Below, piece after piece: positions 40,701-54,298 of a stretch of DNA of 64,000 nt (position 1 is the first letter of the stretch; the number at the start of each line of letters is the position of its first letter). The notes beneath the pieces are model-generated. The model was not told the origin of the DNA. It ran no database searches and saw nothing but the letters and a program-made list of their open reading frames with translations. The translations under genes and the position numbers were made by a program. The DNA is taken from NCBI RefSeq assembly GCF_001194135.2, contig NC_068995.1, positions 14,711,978 through 14,775,977 on the forward strand. The letters run 5' to 3'. Source of the stretch: Octopus bimaculoides (Eukaryota).

Positions 40701-42889
40701 TATCTCGTATCTTATAGTATTTTATTTAGATGTTTGTTTCTTTTAATAGGTCAAGATATAGTTTAGAAGGATATGGTAAAAAAACGGTCTGGCATTAAGA
40801 TACTCTCAGCCAAGTTATAATTAATATGATTAAATCATGGACATCAAATAGCTAACTAGAAAGATTGACACTGATTCTGCTTCACTGATTAATTTCTTTT
40901 AATTAGCTGTTTGGTACTTACTATCATCATCATCATTGTTTTACCAATTCCAAGCTTAAGAATTCACATCTGCTCTGTTTTTATTCCTGTTGAATTTCTG
41001 AGCTTTAATGTACTTTGTGCTGCAAACATCAGTTTTCCTGTCTTCTTGATACAAGCATCAGATCATTTAGAGATGTTATCTGATATAGGCCTATGTCCTG
41101 CCATTCATATACTTCATGTCATGGTGTCTCCCACTGAGCTAAACTTAGAAAACATTGATTTTTTTTTTTTTTTTTCTCCATTTAAATAGTTGTAGATGTT
41201 TTGGTGTTGATCCTTCATGTTGATCAGACATGTCCAACCACCACTATAAAGTCCGAAGTTTGTTTAATTGACAGTACACAGCTTATCATATTTAGCTTTA
41301 AGAATCAAACAGAAAGTTGTTTGTTTGTTGTTTTTTTTTTCCAATGTTTTATTATTTAAATAAGTTTCCTAAGACTAACACATTTTTTGTTCTATAAAAA
41401 GAGAAAATCCTAATGAAATAAAATCCAACAAAGAGCATCATCATTATCATCATCAGTGTTTTAACATCCACTTTTCCATGCTTGCATGGGTCAGCCAAAG
41501 CTGCTTATTAAGGTAGATTTTCTACAACCAGTTTGCTCTTACTCTTGCCAATTCTCACTTGTTTCCTAGGAATGAAATATTTCCCCTGTGGGCATGGCTT
41601 GACATATTTTCATAGAAGACTGGAAATGTATGACGCTGCTTGTATGATAACATTTATTTACTACTACCATGCGATGTCAAAACAAGGAGACAAACATACA
41701 CATACATTATGCATGCATACGCACACATACACACTCACACAATGAACTTCTTTCAATTTCCATCTACCAAATCCACTCACAAGGCTTTGGTCAGTCTGGA
41801 GCTACAGTAGAAGACACTTGCCCAAGGTGTCACGCCGTGGGACTGAACCCAAAACCATGTAGTTGGGAAGCAAACTTCTTAACCACACAGCCACACCTGT
41901 ACCTATGTGTATACTAATTGAATTATCTAAAACTATCATTTAGCTAAGTAATTAGAGTGTTGGATTGAATACCTCACAGTGTTTGTTCTAACATTCAGCT
42001 GAGTTCAAATCCTGCCAAGGTCAACTTTGCTTCTCCTCCTTTTGCCATTGATAAATAAAGTACCAGTCCATGACAGTGGATTGGTAGAATGGTAAGAATA
42101 TCAGACTGGATGCCTTGCAGTATTTGTTCTAGTTTTTTTATGTTCTGAGTTCAAATTTCACCATGGCCTACTGGGGTGGTACATTGGATCTGTCACCTGA
42201 CTTAGCAGTACCCTCTGGCACTCACTTTTGTGCTCTTTGTTCAGATTCCTTCATGGCCTACTTCAGTAGCAGTAGAGTTAGTCTGTCACTTGGTTCAATA
42301 TCACCATCTGGCAACTTGAGTTCCTTTAGAAGAGTCCACCCTGTTACAAGCACTTAGGCTAGGTTCTCAGTTTGAGGCTATAAAGACTGTTGTTACCTGC
42401 AAGGCTAAGGTGTCTGCCCTTCCTCAACACAATATGTTTATACTGGAGATAAAGACTATTTCCAAGGTAAACATGACCAAGAGCAGGAGTGATGACCAAG
42501 ATTGTGGAAAATGGGGAGAGCATGAATATTAGTCTGACCGAAGGCAGGTGGGTTTAGAGTGATACGATTATAAGAGAGGAGATTTTTGTGTTGTCTCTTA
42601 TTCTGCCTAACTAGCTCTGTTTTCAAAAGCATGTGGGTAGTTAATATTTTGTATTAGATGCATAGTGAGATGAGGCGAGGAAGATTGTTTTGATAGTGAG
42701 TTCTTAGAGAAACCAGAAAGAAATCAACCGTTTGATGAACATATAAATTTTACATAGATGTGCAGTGATGTGCATGATGCAAACAGGTGCTTCTGCAGAT
42801 AGGAAGTAAAATCTATAGGAATATCTAGGATTTAGTTTGTTCTTCTAAACTGAGATACTAACAACATGGAATAACAGCATTTATATATT

Positions 42890-43210
42890 TTTTAAATATC
42901 TGATTGATAGGTGGATTGATATGGAGGTAGATATGTAGATAATTATATAGATTGACAGATAGATAGGTCAGTTAAGTAGATGAATAGATAGCTGGAAATA
43001 TAAACAGACAGGTAGACAAAGAGACAGACTGACTGATACATTGGTGGAGAGAGAGACACAGAGAGAAAGACAAATAGTTAGACACAAGTTCGATGGACAG
43101 ACAGGCATACAGATCAATAGACAAATGGTTAGACTGCTGGACAAATAGATGGATAGACAGATGGGTAGCCAGACAGACTGGCAAAGACTTAAAAAGACAA
43201 ACTAATAGAG
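42890..43210. repeat. Degenerate (GATA/GACA)n low-complexity tract
   Basis: Recurrent gata/gaca/taga words over about 300 bp. Confidence 0.7.
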
Positions 43211-43643
43211 ACTCTCTCATATTCTTGTTCATACTTGCTTACACTCTCTCTCTCTCTCTCTCATATTTTAGTTACCTGTTTTTAATTCATTATTCTATTG
43301 ATTTCTCTTTAGTGTTCAAGACCTTTTCTGTTGTAAGAACAAAATATAATTAATTCTTTTAACCCTAATTAATGTATTCCTGATAACTTTGTTTCCCCAT
43401 CTCACTCAAGACTAACAAAAATCCTAGCCAACTCTGCTAAAACCCAAACTCTCTTCTCCACACTAACTAATGTTCCAAATACACTAAAACCATATTGAAT
43501 ACACACACACACACACACACACTGGAAGTGGAAGTAACTTAATATTTTGACAACTTAACTCAGCTGAATGAGAATTGATTTGTTTTTTAGTGTTTCAGCT
43601 AAATTCACAGAACAGCTTGCGTTGTATTTATTTATTCTTTCAG

Positions 43644-43794
43644 TGGTGTCATGCTAACTGAATCAGAGCAACTGCGACAGCTGGAAGAACAACAAGAACA
43701 ACTCAACTCCTACTTGCAGGCTTTAACTACTCATTTTGCTCAGGTGCAGTTCCGCTTGAAACAGACTGTAAATGCCCCACCTGAAGAAAAAGAA
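43644..43794 (+). CDS. RUNDC1: RUNDC1 coding exon 2 (GVMLTESEQLRQLEEQQEQLNSYLQALTTHFAQVQFRLKQTVNAPPEEKE)
   Basis: tttattctttcag| ... |gtatgt; 151 nt, phase 2 to 0; hallmark HFAQVQFRL motif. Confidence 0.97.
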
Positions 43795-46700
43795 GTATGT
43801 TGAGCTTTTCTGTTTTTTTTCTCTATCTTTCTTTACATTTTTTTTTGTTCTTGAGTCATCTGTGAAAAAGAACTGTTGTCTCTGACTAATGTTTATTGCA
43901 CTGTTTCTTATCTTTAACATATTTTTGTTGTTAATACTCTGAACTGCTAAACGATTTTTCAAGTTCAGTTTCATTTAGACTTGATATATCTTAGTTTATT
44001 TTCCTCTGTATATATATTTGGCTATGAGTTTTATTGCAGGGTCTGTAGGGATATATTCTCTTACTAATTTCAGTAAGTACGCTGCATCCATGATAGGAGA
44101 TATATATATATCGAGAGAGAGAGAGAGGTATAGCTGTGTGGTTAAGAAGTTTGCTTCCCAACCATGTGATTTCAAGTTCAGTCCTTTTGTGTGGCATCTA
44201 GAGCTAGTGTCTTCTGCTATAGCCCACAGCTGACCAAAGCCTTGTGAGTGGATTTGGTTGATGGAAACTGAAAGAAGTTGTGTGTGTGTGTGTCTGCAGG
44301 TCTTGATATCACATGGTAGTTGTACATGAATGTCACTGTCATGCAGACAGTGTCATTCATTTCCAATATTCTGTAGAAACATGTCTGGCCATGTGGAAAT
44401 ATTTACCTTGCTAGAAAACAAGTGAAGTCTGGCATCAGAAAGGTCATCAGCCCATAGAAAAATATGTGATTGTTAAAATGAGGATGATCACACACACACA
44501 CATGATCAGCATCATTTTATGCCCACACTCCACGCTTGCTGGGGCTGGATGTGATCAGGTTCTAAAGTTAAGGGGAGCAAGCACATAAAAAAAAAGGTGT
44601 TGTGACACATACCAAGCAATTTTTAATTCATTGATGATACGTTTTATAAAAGGCACCAATTTTGAAAAATGTGCTTGAGATAGAAGTAGTCGCTCCCTTT
44701 GTTCCCCTATAAGATATACCACTGGATATGGTGCAACAGGATATGGCGGGACTGAGAACCTTGTCTTGCTCTAGTGTCTCAGTTTTCATATGGTTTCTAT
44801 GGCCGGATACCCTTTCTAATGTCAGCCTCTTTACAGTGTGTACGGGATGCATTGTCCTTGGCATCTGCACTAGTGTGGTCATCATGTAATTTTCAAGACT
44901 AAATATCCACCCCTTAACTAAGAAAAGGCAGTGGCTTTAAACGAGGTCTTGAGAGTTTAAAGTATGTCAGGAGGACCAGGAATAGGTTTCTTGCTGTAGG
45001 GGTGATACACGACTACTCTGCATTATATGAGTAGATGGGAGTTAATAGGGTGGAAGAGTGATAAAGATGGTAGTGGTAATAGAGTGCCACAGCATATCTT
45101 CAAGGTACAAGAAGGGGAAAAGAAGAGAGCATGGAGGCAGAATATCAGGAAGGGTGGATGGATAGAGGTTGCAAGAGTATAGGAGAAGAGTAAGAGATTT
45201 TTAGAAATAGAAATGTGGTGAATGTAGAGAATGGTGAATGAGAGTGGTGTATGTTGGTCGATGGTAAATAGGAGTGGAAGAGAAAGGTGATAGGGATGGG
45301 TGAGCCTAAGAGAAATTAGCTTTATTCAAGACAGAAGACTGTATTGATATGGGTATGTGGTGCATATGAATGAAGGCAGCCAAATAAAGATGTGCAAATT
45401 GCTTTCAGTTGATATAGTTTGTGGAAGAAGGAGAACTAGGAAGACATAGGATGGAGTGAATGCTGATCTCAGGATGTTGAACTTCTCAGGGATGGCAATG
45501 GACCAAATAGGCAGTGCTTAAGAAGATCCTCCCTGTTAACTCCCATCTACTCGTATATAACACAGTCATACTATCATCATTATCACCATCATCAATTAAT
45601 ATTCCCTTTTCCATGCTTGCATGGAGCAGATTTTTTTTACAGTTGAATGCTCTTCATTTTATCAACCCTCACCTGTTTCCAAGCAGTAATATTTTCCTAT
45701 AGCTAAACACACCCACACATAGACGATATGACAGACTCCTTTCAGTTTCAAATCCACTCATAAGGCTTGCTTTAGTTGGCTCAGGGCTATAGTAGAAAGA
45801 CACTTGCCCAATGTGCTGCACAGAAGGACCGGATTGAAGACCACATGGTTGGGAAGCAAGCTTCTTGACCACAGAGCCATGCATCATCTTGAAATTTATC
45901 AGATTTAAATAAAACCATTTCCAAACAAATAGATTTGTTCTCAACAAATGTAAAATCCTTCTTTCTATGTCACATGAAACAAACAAAAATGCAATAAATG
46001 ATAATTTTTTTATAAATAGGTGTTGGTGTCAGGTGATATGACATGAAACATGTTGATACAAGCACAAACATAAAGTGTTTGTAGAGAATGTACAGTGTAG
46101 ATTAATAACTCTCAGAACTTAGCACTGGCTCGTAATGGATAATAATTTTATTGATATTAGAATTATAGAAGACTGACATAACTATAACAAGGCAGGATTG
46201 TGGTGATTGATACAGCTTTGTTAGTGCACATATCTACTCTAGAAAGGCATTGGTTGGCCTGTGGCTACAGTAAAAGACACTTGCCCAAGGTGCCATGCAG
46301 TGGGACTGAACTCAGAACTGTGTGGTTGGGAAGCAAGCTTCTTACCACAGTCACACCTGTACTTGTTTTTTTATTGACCCCCCAACAAAGGGATGAAAGG
46401 CAAAGTTGAGCTTAGTAGGATTTGAACTCAGAATGTCAAGAGCTGGAAGAAATGCCACAAAGAATTTTGTCCAGCATGCTAATAATTCTGTCAGCTTGCC
46501 ACTTCCTTAGCCACTAAACAGGGGAAAACTAACCATCCTTTTCACACCAAAGGAAGATGGTGGGTTGATCTTCAAAATAAACTAGTCTGATAGACACAAT
46601 AACCTTAAGCAGGTCACTTCTCCATGTGATAGTAGCTGTTTGGCACAGGTTCTAGTTTATTGGTGTTTGTCTCTTGTTATGTTCATTGTAGCTTCTTTTT

Positions 46701-48029
46701 CCTGATATTGCTGTTGATGTTGTAATGGTGGTTGTTGTAGTTTTTACATTGGCCTAACTTAGACTATGTATCACCCAGGGCACCCCTTGAGTTTTCCACC
46801 CCACCACAGGGCACCTAACCCTATACAGACTTATACAGCAGACCAAAAAGTGCCAACCGTTAACCCCCTCCTCTAAGCCACACTACTGGGCTTTTGTTGT
46901 TACTGTGGTAATTGTTTTTGTTGCAGTTTTTTTGTTTTTTTTGTACATTCAATCTCATCTTTTTGATTTTTGCTTATTTTGGCCCTTGTCACAGTTTTGG
47001 GTTGTGGCAAGAGGGGAGGTTGAAGTCAGCTTCTATTTCTAATTTTTTTTTTTACCCTACCAAATCTCACTCACATGATATTGATCAACATAACACTTGC
47101 CAAAAGTGCCACACAGCAGAATTGAACCCAGAACAATGTGTATTGCTAAACAAACCTCTTAATCATGTTGCTGTGCTTTTAATGTATATTGAAGTGTCTC
47201 ACCAAATAATATTTTAAATATTACAACACAGTTTCTCCAACCTTGCATGTATATCTGTGGTAACAGCTGGCAACAAAACAGCTGAATTGATAATGACTAT
47301 ATTAATGATAATAATAATAATGTTTACTCCATTCGTTTGTTTTATAATTTGATTTTATTATTCTATTCTATTATTTTATGACCATTGATTCATGTAATTC
47401 TTTTAATTTGGGCTCATTTCTGTCTCTCTCTCTCTCTCTCTCCCTCCCTCCCTCCTTCTTTCCCTCCCTCCCTCCTTTTCTCTCTCTCCCTCCCTCACCT
47501 ATCTCTCTCTCACCTTTTCCCCAACCCTACATATCTCATTAGTATCATTCTAACTTGAAATGTATGTCACTGAGATAGTCTCTTTTTTTTTTTTATTATC
47601 TTTTACTTGTTTCGGTCATTGGACTGCAGCCATGCTAGGGCACTGCCTTGAAAGGGTTAGTTAAACAAATTAACCCCAGGACTTATTCTTAAGTCCGTTA
47701 CTTATTCTATCAATCTCCTTTGCCGAACCACTAAGTTATATGGACATAAGCAAACCAACACCTGTTGTCAAGCAGTAGTGAGGGACACACACACACACAT
47801 ACATGAAGGACTTCAAACAGTTTCCATCTACCAAATTCGCTCACGAGATTTTGATTGGTCTGAGGTTTATAGTAGAAGAACTTGTCCAAGGTGCCATGCA
47901 GTGGGACTGAACATGAAACCACATGGTTGCAAAGTAAACTTCTTGACCACACATCTATGTCTGGTCCTATGTAAATATATATAAGAATATAGAAAGGACA
48001 GTAAAATAACTGACAGCATTTAACTAGAA

Positions 48030-48346
48030 GTGGAAGCGCAATGGTCCAGTGGTTAGGGCAGCGGACTCGCAGCCAGAGGATCGCGGTTTCGATTCCCAGA
48101 CTGGGTGTTGTGTGTGTTTATTGAGCGAAAACACCTGAAAGTTCCACGAGGCTCTGGCAGGGGGTGGTGGCGACCCCTGTTGTACTCTTTCGCCCCAACT
48201 TTCTCTCACTCTTTCTTCCTGTTTCTTGAGTAAAGTTGCAATGGACTGGCGTCCCGTCCAGCTGGAGGCGGGAGATACATACGCCAAAGAAACCGGGAAA
48301 CCGGGCCCATGAGCCTGGCTAGGCTTTGAAAAAGGGTGCAAAAAAA
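48030..48346 (+). mobile_element. Young tRNA-headed SINE (family D head, different 3' half)
   Basis: A box TGGTCCAGTGG, B box GGTTTCGATTCC, CTCGC anticodon-like loop (Arg TCG), A-rich tail; 12-bp TSD ATTTAACTAGAA / ATTTAACTATAA (1 mismatch). Confidence 0.88.
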
Positions 48347-48418
48347 ATTTAACTATAAAAACTGAAAAGAGATCTATTGAAGACAATCTCTACATTAGTC
48401 ATTCCTCAATCTTTTTGA

Positions 48419-48882
48419 NNNNNNNNNNNNNNNNNNNNNNNNNNNNNNNNNNNNNNNNNNNNNNNNNNNNNNNNNNNNNNNNNNNNNNNNNNNNNNNNNN
48501 NNNNNNNNNNNNNNNNNNNNNNNNNNNNNNNNNNNNNNNNNNNNNNNNNNNNNNNNNNNNNNNNNNNNNNNNNNNNNNNNNNNNNNNNNNNNNNNNNNNN
48601 NNNNNNNNNNNNNNNNNNNNNNNNNNNNNNNNNNNNNNNNNNNNNNNNNNNNNNNNNNNNNNNNNNNNNNNNNNNNNNNNNNNNNNNNNNNNNNNNNNNN
48701 NNNNNNNNNNNNNNNNNNNNNNNNNNNNNNNNNNNNNNNNNNNNNNNNNNNNNNNNNNNNNNNNNNNNNNNNNNNNNNNNNNNNNNNNNNNNNNNNNNNN
48801 NNNNNNNNNNNNNNNNNNNNNNNNNNNNNNNNNNNNNNNNNNNNNNNNNNNNNNNNNNNNNNNNNNNNNNNNNNNNNNNNNN
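48419..48882. other. Assembly gap (464 N) in RUNDC1 intron 2
   Basis: N run. Exons 2 and 3 join in frame without needing an exon here. Confidence 1.
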
Positions 48883-50544
48883 AAACCAAAGTTCTCTCAT
48901 CACTGTCTTGAAAAAGGAAAGGTTATATTTGATAATGTGGTTGGATGTGGCTTAGTGGTTAGAGTGTTGTGCTCATGATTGTAAAATTGTGGTTTCAATT
49001 CCTGCACAAAGCAACGCATTGTGTTCTTGGCCAAAACACTTCATTTCACATTGCTCCAGTCTGCTCGGAGTAATACTATGAGGGACCAGTGTCCCATCCA
49101 GGAAGCAGGGAATATCTGCTACAGAATCCAGGAAACCAATTTAATGAGCTTATGGCAGAGGAGGCCTTGACATTTGATAATGTAGTCTTGACTACTCTAT
49201 GTCTGAAGAGAAAATAGTATGATCACAGCTGGAGTGTCTACTGGATCAGAGCTGAATTCATTCATCATCATCATTGACATTGTTTAACATCCATCTCTTG
49301 AGCTGGCATGTATGCGAAACAAAAATAGCAGCACCATCAATTATAGTCACTGCAACTAAGGAACCTATTGAAGGAACCACTACATGGTCGTTCAACCTGC
49401 TAGAAATAGCATCCAAATCTTGCTCAAGTTACTCTGTATTATCTTTAAAAGAAAGATACATTGAATAATGTAGTTCTTGTTGTTTTCAAAAGATGGGATA
49501 ATCAAAACTGGAATCCTGTGGGGCAAAGGTTTGCCCAATTGGAGATGACCTGGGGTTAAACAACAACTACTATAGCCATAACAAATCCAACAAATAACAC
49601 CTTATGTAGTCACTCAACCTTCTTGAAAAGCAACCAAATACCTCTTTCACCTTGCTGAGCTGTTTTTCTTTCTTTTTTTTTTCTGTATTCCTATGTACAA
49701 GTATGGCTGTGGTTATTATGTGATTAAGAAGCTTGCTTTGTGACCATGAGGTTTCAGCTTCAGCCCCACTGTGCACCACCTCAGACAAGTGTCTTCTACT
49801 GTAACCTCTGGCCAAACAGTGAATCTGTAGAAATTGTGTGGAAGCCAGTTGTATATATATTTATATGTGTGTGTGTATATGTGTGTCTTTGTATGTCTCT
49901 GTGTGTCCACTAACACTTGACAACCAGTGTTGGTTTGTTTACTTTCTTGTAGCCTAGTAGTTTAGCAAAAGAAACCAATAGGAAAAGTATCAAACGTAAA
50001 AATAAATACTGGGGTCTATTTTTTTCAACCAAACCATTCAAGATGGTGCCCAAGCATGGTGCCTCAACCCAATAACTGAAACAATAAAAAATAAAAGATA
50101 CAAAGATAAATACACATAGTTTCTTACAGATCTTCAGCTTCGTTAAAATGAATTCATTTTTGTTTTGATGAGAACTTTGGTGATTCTGTTTCCAGAATCT
50201 AATTGTCTTTAGAATGGAATGACTATTACAACTATTAAACTGACTTGTCATATTGAAATTATAATCAATTATTAGTGTAGTTGTTCTTATTTTTACTATT
50301 GTTGTTGCAAGTACGTGGCAGAATCATTAGAGTACCAAATTAAATACCCTGCGGTATTTAGTTATGTCCCTTTACATTTCTGCATTCAGATTTTGCCAAA
50401 GTCATCCTCTTGCCTAACATCCTTTCAAAGGTTGAGAAAATAAAGTACCAGTTAACTGCTGGGGAATATGCTGATCTAATCAACTGTATCATTCAAAGCC
50501 TTGTATCTATGCTTTAAAAAAAATCACTATTTTCTTTTGTGCAG

Positions 50545-50640
50545 GTTCTATTAAAAGAGTTGGAACAACTCGCTTTCCAAGGTGTTCCAGATGTAGTTGG
50601 ATGTATGCTGCCTGTCGGATGTGACAATGATGATGATATG
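50545..50640 (+). CDS. RUNDC1: RUNDC1 coding exon 3 (VLLKELEQLAFQGVPDVVGCMLPVGCDNDDDM)
   Basis: ttttcttttgtgcag| ... |gttaga; 96 nt, phase 0-0; resembles human LLRELEDFAFRGCPHV. Confidence 0.93.
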
Positions 50641-51159
50641 GTTAGATATCTTTTGTTTTCTTCTAATCTATCTTTTACATTGAGTAAATCCTAAGATAAT
50701 CTGCCTAGTTGCTTATGAATTGTTGTAACAAAGAAAACTTACATATTTCACATACAACTTATTGGGATTACACATACATCCCACTTCAGCTATCTAATAC
50801 ATCTCTTATTAATGTGAAGTATATACACATACAAGAAATACGTTGTACATGTATGTTTACTTGACATTTTAAAAATGTGTGTCACGCTTTACATATCTTG
50901 TTTACACAAGATTTAAAATGAATAAATGCCAGTTGATATTTGAATAAATCCTATCATTCCAAAAATACATCAGTGAAGAAAATTGATTTTTAGATAAGAC
51001 TGTTGCTATATATCATCCTTAAAACTATAGATTACATATGACAATGGATAAAAAAAACAAAAATATTCTACAATTGGTATGACCCATAATGCATTGTGTA
51101 TCCGTGACAACACCAAAAACTTTTTCTTTCTGGTAGTATCAATATCTATGGTTAACGAG

Positions 51160-51695
51160 TTGGCAGAGCCCATCCCTATTCAAGCTAAAGTGGTGGGAGT
51201 TGAACTTGGTATTCAAAGTTAACAAACTCACTGACTAGTTTTCAAGTGCTGCTTCTGGTTTACAGCTGTGCATTGTTACCTATGTATTCATATATAGGCA
51301 AACAAGTCATTTGAGAGCTAAATTTGTCTGTTGGCGTTTGGCAGAGCCCATCCCTATTTAACCTAAAGTGGTGGAAGTTGAACTTGGAATTCCAGGTTAA
51401 TAAGGCCCTCCCCAGTTTTCAAGTGCTGCTACTACTTACAGCTGTGCATTATAACCTTGTAATACAAGGCCAACAGATGCAGTCGCTCTCAAATGATCTT
51501 GTTTGTCTGTATATGAACATGTATTACAAGGTTACAATGCACAGCTGTAAGTAGTAGCAGTACTTGAAAACTGATGAGGGGCTTATTAACTTGGGATTCC
51601 AAGTCCAACTCCCACCACTCTAGGTTAAATAGGGATGGGCTCTGCCAAAGGCCAACAGACAAATTTAGCTCTCAAATGACTATATATGAATACAT
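51160..51695. repeat. 178-bp unit arranged direct-direct-inverted in RUNDC1 intron 3
   Basis: ttggcagagcccatccctatt starts at 51160 and 51338; 51520-51695 is the reverse complement of 51282-51466. Confidence 0.93.
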
Positions 51696-53058
51696 TGTAG
51701 TGATTGTGACAAGATGTGAAACTGCCAAACTTTTGGCTGGTTTTTATGTCACCTATCCATTCAGTCATCCATCCAGATATATCAAAGAATAAGAATTTAG
51801 AAAGAACAAACTCCATGACATTTCTTCGTCTACTACCTAACACCACCTCTTGCATTACATACAAAATTCTTATTGTGCTATCTTAAAATAACAAAAAGAC
51901 ACATATTCTTAAGTATAAATTATTTCTGAATAACAGATGGAATAGCTATGACAAGAATATATTTGACTGATTTGGTGCTGATGCCACATAAAAGGAACCC
52001 AGTACACTATGTAAGATGGCTAGTGTTAGAAAGGGCATCCAGCCATAGAAACCATGCCAGAACAGACAGCGGAGTCTGGTGCTGTCTTCTGCCTAGCCAG
52101 CTCCTGTCAAACTGTCCAACCCATGCCAGCATGGAAAACGGACATCAAATGATGATGTATGTATGTGTGTTCAGGACTGACCTGGGCTTAAACAACTACT
52201 TTTTACATACACATAACACTGATTCACGCCATTCTAATCACTATCAGTTTTTAACAAAAACCCATTGTGATTGACCCCTGCCATTTATTTTTCACAATGT
52301 TGAGCCCATGTCTAATGGTATCACAAATTCTCTAAATTTTGTGGGTTGACCTGTATGTCTTCACAACAGTCAATTCCACTGCCCTCTCTCCTCATGCACA
52401 CAACACTTTTCATACTCCACTCAACATATAATATTACATTAGATAGCTTAACAACCTTAGCTACACTGAGTGAAGCATGGACACCTGTCTATGCTTCAAA
52501 TATACTTCCATCTTCAGGAGAATTACAGTTCCACTTGGCAGACACACCTCTCATTGCTCTTCTCGCAGAAACATTGTATCATAACATGCAAGATACTGAA
52601 CAGTGCCTCCACAACACACAATTAAGCTGTGCTTCTACCCCACACGGTTGATATTCCTCAGTAGTACACTTTATAAAGTGCTTGGCATTAGGAAGGGCAT
52701 CCAGCTGTAGAAACCATGCCAAAGCAGATAGCTGGAGCCTGGACAGCTCTCCAGCTGGCTAGCTCCTGTTCTGCCATCCAACCCATGCCAGCATAGAAAA
52801 TAGACATTAAATGATGATAATGAATGCTTTATCACTCCACACAATACATAGTACTGATGCATTCTATCACAACCAATACATGACAACAAACACTATGAAT
52901 CTAACATACTCACTACATCTCTCTACATGAAAAGATTGGACCTGGAACTAATGGAGAGAAATTTCCTGGTCACAGGTGTATATTTTATTCTTTCACTTGT
53001 TATGGAATATTGCCCTTTTTTTTCTCTCTTACCTTTTTCTTTTTCTTGTACATTTTAG

Positions 53059-53166
53059 AATGACAATGAGCGGGGAATTAAAATAAATGAACAGCGGGAA
53101 AAACAGAAAGAATTAATCAATCAACTGAAAATGCAGCTGGAAGACTTGGAATTATATGCATATAAA
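53059..53166 (+). CDS. RUNDC1: RUNDC1 coding exon 4 ([36 protein letters not shown])
   Basis: cttgtacattttag| ... |gtaagt; 108 nt, phase 0-0; resembles human [24 protein letters not shown]. Confidence 0.96.
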
Positions 53167-53647
53167 GTAAGTTGTAAACACCAACAAAGAATGCAGTTAG
53201 GGCTTATATTTTCCTTGTGTGTGTGAGTGCATGCGTGTGTGCTTGCGTGCATGCAGTTTAGCAGTGGTGATCATTGTATGGCTAACACTCTTTTTGGCAA
53301 TAAGAGAGCTGGCATTGATTGAATGTTGTGGTAGATATGAGATCAATGTCAACAGACAGATGAAAAGCACTGCAATATTCTGAAATTTTTTTATTGTTTC
53401 TCTATAAAAAAAAATTCTTTCATTTTGTGTTCTTTATGCCAATTTAACTCTTTAACATATGCATTATCCAAATCCAGTAACTTAACTGTTTGAGACAATC
53501 AATATCTTGCATGTTTACTGTTTATGTCAGACAGAGAAGACCTGTAACCCTTTAGCATTTAAACCGACCATATCTGGCCCAAATATTCTAATTATTTTAT
53601 ACTTTAACTGGCCAGATCCAGTCTCTAGCGTGTAGCCTACAATGTCT

Positions 53648-54298
53648 GGATCTTGTTCAAAACGGGGGCACCAGTTTTCATTAATGTTTTATGTAGTGTT
53701 TTTGGTACCGAAAGACTTTCAAACTTCGTATACTTATCTATTTTGTGTTATAGAACAGAAAATAAATTTTGTATTCGGATTTATTTCATGTAAAAAATTA
53801 TCTTATTTCAATAATTTCAACCAATCACTGACAAGTATTCAGCTTTTTACAGTTACTCCTAAGCGGTGTAAAGCGTATTTAATCTCCATTACTTCTGACA
53901 TTTTGCAGAGGCAACACACATGTGTCCGTTTTACCTAACCGACTTGCTCCTTCCCTCAAAAACCATGCCTTGTGCCTATAATAGAAAGGTTTATTAGCTA
54001 CTGCCAATATGCTTCAGCCATCTTTTGACAAGGAAATAATAATTTTATCACCGCCAAAATCGTTTGACAATCGTTTGTTTACGTAGTCAGCACTTACTGT
54101 ATTCGGCTGAATGGACGTCAGTCATTGGTTGAAATTACAGAAATACGACAACTTTAACATGGAATAACTTGCGATGTACGTTTTTTTGTTAAGAAGACTA
54201 AGAGAAAAAGATGTTTTATATGACACATTCTACCAGTATCCCAAGTTTCAAAGTGTTTCGTTAAGAAAATACTGGTGCCCCCGTTTTGAACAAGATCC
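53648..54298. mobile_element. 651-bp non-autonomous TIR DNA transposon, Merlin-like, nested in a piggyBac-like MITE (host about 53548-54400)
   Basis: Perfect 28-bp TIRs GGATCTTGTTCAAAACGGGGGCACCAGT; 8-bp TSD CAATGTCT / CGATGTCT; no transposase ORF. The element is certain; the superfamily call is inference. Confidence 0.85.

Noticed and set aside
48030-48105. tRNA-Arg(TCG)-like gene
   Set aside because: No proper acceptor stem; it continues into a SINE body with an A-tail and TSD.
48419-48882. Hidden RUNDC1 exon in the intron 2 gap
   Set aside because: Exons 2 and 3 join in frame and collinearly with the homologue (PPEEKE|VLLKELE); only an optional symmetric exon could be hidden.
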